Below, one piece after another: positions 17,759 to 23,101 of a stretch of DNA of 64,000 nucleotides; position 1 is the stretch's first letter; each line of letters begins with the position of its first letter. This DNA is from Candidatus Altimarinota bacterium. Its GTDB lineage: Bacteria; Patescibacteriota; Gracilibacteria; UBA1369. The position numbers were made by a program, and so were the translations under genes. Where the stretch lies: positions 5,553 through 69,552 of the forward strand of contig JBGSPQ010000010.1 of the NCBI GenBank assembly GCA_041738505.1, written 5' to 3'. A model generated the notes under the pieces. It was not told the DNA's origin and did not search any database. It saw nothing but the letters and a program-made list of their open reading frames with translations.

Positions 17759-18460
17759 TCAAATTCCGTTAACTTCACTTTTAAGAACAAGGTCGTTGCC
17801 TTCTTCCGTGACCATATATAAACAACCGCTCGGTTGAATGAATATTTGTGATTTGCCTCCGGTCGCCAGATAGGCCGCAATGGTGCCCGACCCACAAGCT
17901 GTTTCATTAATTATCGACTTCGTTTTTCTCACAAATACTGTGATATTCAATTTGTAATTATTATCCATGGAAATCAGCCCGACAGAGGGGAAACGCTCAA
18001 TATCTTTCCCGTATGTCCTTAGATAATTTTTTAAAGTTTCAGTCTGATCTACTTGATCCTTCGCATTTCTCACGAAGTGGGCAATACCATCCATCTTTAC
18101 AAGGGTGGAGCCGTCTCTTAACTTAACCGGCAAAAAATCATTTCTGATATTTATGGAAACCCAGTAAGCAAGTTCACATGGATAAACTCCGTTCAGGCAT
18201 TCCACATCTGTTTTACGTGAACCGGTCTCTCCATAATTCCAAAGTGCCAGACTTCGGATGGCATTAACACAAAGTTCGTTACCCATCATAGTCAGTTTAA
18301 TATCGCTTTCTTTTGATTTTTCAATAAAACCGACCTGCTCAACATCATCGGATAACTGGGATTTGCCAATCTTATGATATTCGGCAGGTTGAATAATATT
18401 CGCTCTATTATCTATCAATAAAGTTGGATTGCCCCCCGGAACAAAAATACTTTTTTTCAT
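17759..18460 (-). CDS. DapF-superfamily (DAP-epimerase fold) two-cysteine racemase/epimerase, CntK-like
   Basis: 233 aa with GGNPTLLI near the N-terminus. MGNELCVNA and ETACGSGT place one Cys in each half, as in PLP-independent racemases. EQVGFIE resembles what I recall of the histidine racemase CntK. Confidence 0.55.
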   Translation of the reverse strand: MKKSIFVPGGNPTLLIDNRANIIQPAEYHKIGKSQLSDDVEQVGFIEKSKESDIKLTMMGNELCVNAIRSLALWNYGETGSRKTDVECLNGVYPCELAYWVSINIRNDFLPVKLRDGSTLVKMDGIAHFVRNAKDQVDQTETLKNYLRTYGKDIERFPSVGLISMDNNYKLNITVFVRKTKSIINETACGSGTIAAYLATGGKSQIFIQPSGCLYMVTEEGNDLVLKSEVNGI

Positions 18461-18462
18461 TG

Positions 18463-19407
18463 TTAAAGTTGTTTAATGAATGATTGAAGTGTGTCAAAAC
18501 CGCTCTTGAGAGATGCAAAATCTTTTTCACCAAAACATTTGCGTCTTTCAATAATCGTATAGTCTTTGCTGTCGGAAAGAGCTGTGAGCAGATAGAGAAA
18601 ATCCTTAAACAATTCCGGACTCACCTTTTCCAGAAAAGTTTTCACGTCGGGTTCATCTATACCGCTTTCAATCACCGGTTCCCCAAAGCATTTGAAATAA
18701 GGGGGACGGTTGCCGATTTTTCCAAACAGCTGGATCCTGTCATAAGTTTTTTGAATGTCTCCACGGCTTGCACCGATGATTTTACGGACATTAAAGAAAA
18801 TCTCCTCTGCCGGTCCGCCCACCATCGCCAGCGCATCAAGATCAAAATCCGGAGGATTATCAATCAAAAATAAATTCTCATCATCCGTCACGGGTTCACG
18901 CATAAAAAGAGCGTGTTCCGCCATATATGCCAGAGGATTGCGAATTGTCTGCCCTTCCTTAATTCTCTTTTCCGCGAATGTTATAATTGCTCGATTATTT
19001 TCTTGGATGAGGGTATCAACAAGTTCCTGAACAAGTTGCCGGCGTTCCGCGGAATCTTCTCTTTCCCTGGAAATCAGGACGTCACCTTCGGTCTTGGCAT
19101 AGAAAGCCTTTATGAATTGACGGATATATTCCGAAACCAGCTGAACGTTATCCTCAATTATTGCCGGATCTTCACCCAACCTCATTTGCGCCCTATCGGC
19201 GAAGTAAAACTGGCCGCGCGTATTTTCGCGACTTTGCATCGCAGACAAAAGTGGCATCAAATAAGCCAGAATGCGTACGGGAACGCCCGGAGTGACATCC
19301 GCGCTCATCCCTGTGGAAAACAGGACCCTTTTTTTCGGATTCATACTTTTTAACAGTTTTTCACTGGTATTTTTTAGTAACGGGAATATGGGGGTATTTT
19401 TAGACAT
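18463..19407 (-). CDS. Hypothetical protein (314 aa), first gene of the operon with the racemase
   Basis: ATG start. Its stop lies 2 nt from the downstream gene's start codon. No confidently recognisable motif. Confidence 0.6.
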   Translation of the reverse strand: MSKNTPIFPLLKNTSEKLLKSMNPKKRVLFSTGMSADVTPGVPVRILAYLMPLLSAMQSRENTRGQFYFADRAQMRLGEDPAIIEDNVQLVSEYIRQFIKAFYAKTEGDVLISREREDSAERRQLVQELVDTLIQENNRAIITFAEKRIKEGQTIRNPLAYMAEHALFMREPVTDDENLFLIDNPPDFDLDALAMVGGPAEEIFFNVRKIIGASRGDIQKTYDRIQLFGKIGNRPPYFKCFGEPVIESGIDEPDVKTFLEKVSPELFKDFLYLLTALSDSKDYTIIERRKCFGEKDFASLKSGFDTLQSFIKQL

Positions 19408-19431
19408 GATGTGTAAAATAAAAAAATATAT

Positions 19432-19460
19432 AAAAAAAGACCGACATTTCTTTGTCGGCC
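19432..19460 (-). terminator. Intrinsic terminator in the 5' leader (attenuator) of the 19407 operon
   Basis: The minus strand reads GGCCGACA-AAGAAA-TGTCGGTC followed by TTTTTTT. It ends about 25 nt before ATG 19407. Confidence 0.6.
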
Positions 19461-19492
19461 TGCTACTGATATGGAATTACTTCAATAAAAAC

Positions 19493-19564
19493 TTACATGC
19501 AGCGATGCACCGACAAATGATGGTCGGTGTGATGATGCTGGCTGGATGTAAGTAATTGATACAT
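19493..19564 (-). CDS. Candidate 23-codon His-rich leader peptide MYQLLTSSQHHHTDHHLSVHRCM
   Basis: The ATG at 19564 is about 25 nt downstream of a consensus -10. Six of the 23 codons are His. The codons overlap the 5' arm of the first leader hairpin. Confidence 0.45.
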   Translation of the reverse strand: MYQLLTSSQHHHTDHHLSVHRCM

Positions 19565-19589
19565 TAAAATAGATTGAAATCCTGAGTGT

Positions 19590-19617
19590 ATTATACCCAA
19601 CAAAAAACTTATGTCAA
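19590..19617 (-). promoter_or_regulatory. Consensus sigma70 promoter TTGACA-16-TATAAT
   Basis: The minus strand has TTGACA (19617-19612) and TATAAT (19595-19590), between tRNA-Phe and the leader. Confidence 0.65.
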
Positions 19618-19626
19618 ATTTTAATC

Positions 19627-19701
19627 TGGTGCCGAGGGGCGGAATTGAACCACCGACGCAGGGATTTTCAATCCCTCGCTCTACCACTGAGCTACCCCGG
19701 C
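19627..19701 (-). tRNA. tRNA-Phe (anticodon GAA), CCA encoded
   Basis: The reverse complement GCCGGGGTAGCTCAGTGGTAGAGCGAGGGATTGAAAATCCCTGCGTCGGTGGTTCAATTCCGCCCCTCGGCACCA folds as a cloverleaf. The anticodon loop is TTGAAAA. Confidence 0.92.
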
Positions 19702-19799
19702 AAACTATTTTCACGGTCTGAAGACAGCACAAAAAAACTTACCTTAATCCGCCTCAAATTTCAATTGAATAATATAATAAAAAAAATCATACAATGGTC

Positions 19800-19828
19800 T
19801 TGACTTACTAAAAACTATTTGCTACAAT
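19800..19828 (+). promoter_or_regulatory. Near-consensus promoter TTGACT-17-(TGc)TACAAT facing the ORF-free region
   Basis: TTGACT 19800-19805 and TACAAT 19823-19828, preceded by TGc (extended -10). Confidence 0.6.
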
Positions 19829-19889
19829 ACTATGATGATTCAAAAAAGGAACGAATTATCCCGACCATTGAAAACCAGACCGTACCGGC

Positions 19890-19982
19890 AAGATAGGGAG
19901 AAAGCTGCCAGAAACCATTGATATTGCGGACCTTTAAAAAGTCTTCGTATCCATATTTTCTGTCAGCTTCCTCCCTAAGCTT
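19890..19982 (+). repeat. Hairpin module A: AAGATAGGGAGAAAGCTG - 56 nt - CAGCTTCCTCCCTAAGCTT
   Basis: The 5' box (19890-19907) is complementary to the 3' box (19964-19982) apart from small internal loops. Confidence 0.7.
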
Positions 19983-20296
19983 TCGGGATTGGAATAATAA
20001 TTGATATCCCCCAGATATTAATTACTACTTAAATCTTGTTTCTGACGGGCTTGTATATCAGGAATAAAAGTTTAAGGCAAAGACGAGTGTTTCTTTTTAA
20101 GTGATTTCATTTTATCGCGGCCTGTGCTTCGATATTTTAAATCTCTTAAATCAAAACGCTTCTGAAAGACTGTTCACTTTAACTTCGGTTATTGCGAATA
20201 TAATTCTACAATAAATTGTAATCTTGCATTTTGTTGGTCTTTCCTTCCAGTCCCCACTTAGGGTTTTGTACTTTGATTTTTAGGTCCTCACAGCGG

Positions 20297-20377
20297 AAGA
20301 TAGGGAGAAAGCTGTTAATGGCATATATGTTGACCCACCTCTTCATATAGTTCATTGGCAGCTTCCTCTCTAAGCTT
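20297..20377 (+). repeat. Hairpin module B: AAGATAGGGAGAAAGCTG - 44 nt - CAGCTTCCTCTCTAAGCTT
   Basis: The 5' box is identical to module A. The 3' box differs at one position (C to T, which still pairs with G). The loop is unrelated to loop A. Confidence 0.7.
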
Positions 20378-20688
20378 CTTGGCTTGGTGAGTATTCCGTG
20401 TTCAAGAGTCCCCCAGGTTCTTGACGCGCCTTTCTTTTTCGCTTAGTGGGTTCGCAGGCTAAGCTGTAGAGAGTTTGGGATTAACTTCGTTTGTCGTCTG
20501 TGATGTTTTGTTTATCGGCTTCGGTCGATTTTCAAACGTTACAAATCGGTAAGCGAGAGAGATTCTGTCCTGTATCAGTGATGATTCAGGCTAAGAGACT
20601 GTTCCGGAGAAATAATCTTTTTTTGGGACGTTGACCGTTTACTTTTCTTTCCCTGGAGTTTGGGGAGGACTTGAAAAATTATAAGGAA

Positions 20689-20775
20689 CCCGGTGAGAGT
20701 GCTGTCTTCTGTCTGAGTTTGGTCACTAGTTTTGACCCTCAGTCATCAAGACAGCTCTCTCATCGGGTTTTTTTT
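20689..20775 (+). terminator. Long intrinsic terminator (20-nt arms, nested inner hairpin, T8)
   Basis: CCCGGTGAGAGTGCTGTCTT (20689-20708) pairs with AAGACAGCTCTCTCATCGGG (20748-20767) with one G-U and one mismatch. An inner GGTCA/TGACC hairpin is nested inside. TTTTTTTT runs 20768-20775. Confidence 0.6.
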
Positions 20776-20789
20776 GAACCCCGTAACCG

Positions 20790-21308
20790 TTATTTGCCGC
20801 AAACATCCCAGAGACCTTTCGTTTCATCTTTGGCCACTTCCTGCAGTGTTTCAAAGGAGTCGTGTTTGGAGTAAGCGTGGTCTTCATCAAAATAAACTCT
20901 CGCCAGACCCTCTTTAATCAATTCTTCATTAAGCATTCTGCCGTCCGCCAGATAAACATACTTTAGATCCCTCCCGTGGATATCTTTTTCCCCCGCGTCC
21001 GGATCGCTTTCCAGAGTGACTTCGCGGTTATTCTTAAAAAACAGGTTGGCTGCCAGATCTTTAGATTCCCCGCCAAAGCACTGGCGAACTTTTTCGCCGT
21101 CCAGGAAAGTGGTTTCCGGAGCGTCCGCGCCAATCAGCTGAACCTTGGAAAGCTTCCCGTTTTGCATCACGATGTAGGAATCGGGATCGATCATGTGCAC
21201 AATCTTGGCTTTATTCTGAAAGAAAAACGGCCAAAGCACATACTGATAAAGCAGGAATATCACCAGCGCCAGTATCGCGAGACTGATTAAGGGACGGAGA
21301 ATTCTCAT
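20790..21308 (-). CDS. Membrane-anchored staphylococcal-nuclease-like (thermonuclease/SNase) protein
   Basis: N-terminal TM segment. VQLIGADAPE...GGESKDLAANL...HGRDLKYVYLADGRMLNEELIKEGLARVY matches the SNase active-site blocks. Confidence 0.75.
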   Translation of the reverse strand: MRILRPLISLAILALVIFLLYQYVLWPFFFQNKAKIVHMIDPDSYIVMQNGKLSKVQLIGADAPETTFLDGEKVRQCFGGESKDLAANLFFKNNREVTLESDPDAGEKDIHGRDLKYVYLADGRMLNEELIKEGLARVYFDEDHAYSKHDSFETLQEVAKDETKGLWDVCGK

Positions 21309-21350
21309 AATAAATAATTAACAGGAAACGGATGCTAGCACAGTTAACTT

Positions 21351-21368
21351 TCGACTTCCAGAAGTCGA
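21351..21368. promoter_or_regulatory. Perfect 8+8 palindrome TCGACTTC-CA-GAAGTCGA abutting the -35 box (candidate operator)
   Basis: It lies 3 nt upstream of TTGGAA (21372-21377)-17-TATAAT (21395-21400), which precedes the CDF transporter gene. Confidence 0.35.
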
Positions 21369-21371
21369 GTG

Positions 21372-21400
21372 TTGGAATTATGCTTAAAATGTTGTATAAT
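21372..21400 (+). promoter_or_regulatory. Promoter TTGGAA-17-TATAAT
   Basis: A consensus -10 lies 20 nt upstream of ATG 21420. Confidence 0.5.
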
Positions 21401-21419
21401 ATATGGATAACAATCAATC

Positions 21420-22643
21420 ATGATATCGCGCAAAAAAGAGTTGGAAAATACGAAAATGGGGGCAAAGGTGGCTTTGCAGGGCCTGGTTAAAGTCGCGATA
21501 CTTGCAATGGCCAAGCTGTTCATTGGTATTTTTACGGGGATGATTGTTTTAATTGCGGACGCGCTTTCCAGTTTTGCCGACCTGCTGGCGCTTTTTGCGG
21601 CGTTTCTGGGTCTGAAGATCAGCACGAAAAGCGCGGACAAGGGTTTCAGTTACGGTTATTACAAAGTGGAGACATTCGCGTCACTGTTTGTATCCCTGAT
21701 TATCGTTTACCTTGGAGCCGAAATATTTATTAAAAGTCTGGAGCGTTTCAGCGAGACGGAAGTCGCCCATTATCAGATTCTTGGTGTGATAATGGTGATT
21801 ATCACTTTTTATGAATCATATCATCTGGCGCACAAGCTCAAACACACCGGCAAAGAAATCAATTCGCTGGCACTGCTTAACTGCGGTAAGGATAAAATTG
21901 TGGATATGTACATTCAGGTAATCGTACTTGTTGGTATCGGAGCCAACTATTTTCATATTCCGTATCTGGAGGGGGCGATTGGTATGGGTATTTCGCTTTA
22001 CACACTCAAAGAGGGTGTGCTGGCGGCGAAAGAGTCGCTGTATTTTCTGCTGGATTATTATGATGATGACAAACTTATCAAAAAAATACGCAAAACAATT
22101 CTGGAAAATTCCACGGTGGTGAAAGGGGTGCAGGATATCAAATTAAGGAGAGCCGGAACTGTGATTTTTGGCGAGGCTTTATTGGAACTTAATCCTTACA
22201 GCGAGACCGGAGACATCCGCAACGAGCTTACAAAACTCAAAGTCATGGTAATTGATTTGGAAGAGTATCTGAAAGATTTTTCACTGATGATAACCATACC
22301 CAAACCGGCAAAAGTGCGGTTGGCGTTTCCGGTGGTCAAAGACGACGGTCTGGAATCGGTGCTGGCCAAAACCATGGAAAAAACCTCCGCTTATGTGTTT
22401 GTTGATATTGACGGTAAGAGACTGAAGAAATTCTCATCGGAAAAATTCCGTTTCCGGAAGGATGATTTTTCCTCCATGACCGATTTTCTGCTGAAACATA
22501 AAGTGCACATTGTCATTAACAACGACATGCATAGCCTGCTTTATTATAACGTGCGCCATCTAAATCACATTCCCGTTTATCCCAACTTCGGCAACATTGA
22601 AACCGTAAAGAACGCGGTTAAACTTCTGAAGATAGATTTGTAA
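21420..22643 (+). CDS. Cation diffusion facilitator (CDF) transporter fused to an extra C-terminal ~110-aa domain (possibly NifX/NifB-like fold)
   Basis: TM core IADALSSFADL...FSYGYYKVETF...(CDF signature) plus a cytoplasmic CTD. An additional segment follows: KVRLAFPVVKDDGLESVLAKTMEKTSAYVFVDIDG...HIVINNDMHS. Confidence 0.7.
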   Translation: MISRKKELENTKMGAKVALQGLVKVAILAMAKLFIGIFTGMIVLIADALSSFADLLALFAAFLGLKISTKSADKGFSYGYYKVETFASLFVSLIIVYLGAEIFIKSLERFSETEVAHYQILGVIMVIITFYESYHLAHKLKHTGKEINSLALLNCGKDKIVDMYIQVIVLVGIGANYFHIPYLEGAIGMGISLYTLKEGVLAAKESLYFLLDYYDDDKLIKKIRKTILENSTVVKGVQDIKLRRAGTVIFGEALLELNPYSETGDIRNELTKLKVMVIDLEEYLKDFSLMITIPKPAKVRLAFPVVKDDGLESVLAKTMEKTSAYVFVDIDGKRLKKFSSEKFRFRKDDFSSMTDFLLKHKVHIVINNDMHSLLYYNVRHLNHIPVYPNFGNIETVKNAVKLLKIDL

Positions 22644-23064
22644 GGGCGGTTTTTAAAACCAGCGGGTGATCAAATCCCAGAGGCGGGGGATTATTGGCCG
22701 GAAACCATTCCGTTTCCGCGGCGTCGTCCCCGGCTTTTATTTTCACAAGGGCGCTGTCCACAAACCCAACGTAGGCAACAGAAACAATCGTGCCGCGCGG
22801 GTCCCGCCCCGGCACCGAAAACACACCCAGCAAATCCAGTTTCACTCCTTTAAGCGCCGTTTCCTCCTCCAACTCCCGCGCGGCGCACTCCTCGCACGAT
22901 TCGCCCCACTCCATAAAACCGCCCGGCAACGCCCAATTGCCTTTAAAAGGTTCATGTCCCCTTTTTACCAGCAACACCCGTAAATCGGCCCCCTCCCCCG
23001 AAAAAATCACCAAATCACAGGCCACAGTCGGTCTTTTACCCTCTCTGCCAAAAATATCCGTCAT
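22618..23064 (-). CDS. NUDIX hydrolase
   Basis: Nudix box GGFMEWGESCEECAARELEEETAL. Confidence 0.85.
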   Translation of the reverse strand: MTDIFGREGKRPTVACDLVIFSGEGADLRVLLVKRGHEPFKGNWALPGGFMEWGESCEECAARELEEETALKGVKLDLLGVFSVPGRDPRGTIVSVAYVGFVDSALVKIKAGDDAAETEWFPANNPPPLGFDHPLVLKTALTNLSSEV

Positions 23065-23101
23065 AAAAAAGTCCGTAAATACGAGCCGATTATAGCAGAA
23101 A

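Larger units (their letters stand above)
19835..20776 (+). ncRNA. Candidate large (~940 nt) structured non-coding RNA, unassigned family
   Basis: Bounded by the promoter above and a long terminator. No ORF of 60 aa or more in any frame between 19732 and 20671. Contains two conserved-stem/variable-loop modules and a UUCG-capped hairpin. Only six ATG triplets occur on the + strand. Confidence 0.45.

Noticed and set aside
19432-19617. T-box riboswitch, given the adjacent tRNA-Phe
   Set aside because: - The leader is only about 175 nt.
- I cannot find the conserved T-box sequence (AAnnnGGGTGGTACCGCG-like).
- I cannot find a specifier-loop/AG-bulge organisation.
- The His-rich mini-ORF explains the structure better.
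19493-19732. 79-aa minus-strand ORF
   Set aside because: Its 5' two-thirds run straight through tRNA-Phe and the promoter. Only the last 23 codons, from ATG 19564, are retained as a candidate leader peptide.
19890-20377. The two repeated modules read as a CRISPR array or as MITE copies
   Set aside because: - There are only two copies, 407 nt apart.
- The conserved boxes are complementary to each other within each copy (stem arms) rather than being direct repeats separated by spacers.
- The interiors are unrelated, which is unlike MITE copies.
- No cas or transposase genes are present.
19702-20789. RNase P RNA, tmRNA, 6S/SRP RNA, rRNA fragment or group I/II intron in the ORF-free region
   Set aside because: By eye there is no GGAAAGTCCGG-type P4 element, no tRNA-like acceptor/T-arm end with a tag ORF, no group II domain V-like 34-mer, and no rRNA-like conserved stretch. 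A covariance-model search is still needed.
20671-20917. Plus-strand ORFs 20671-20874 and 20732-20917
   Set aside because: They start with non-ATG codons inside the long terminator hairpin and run antisense into the SNase-like gene. There is no supporting signal.
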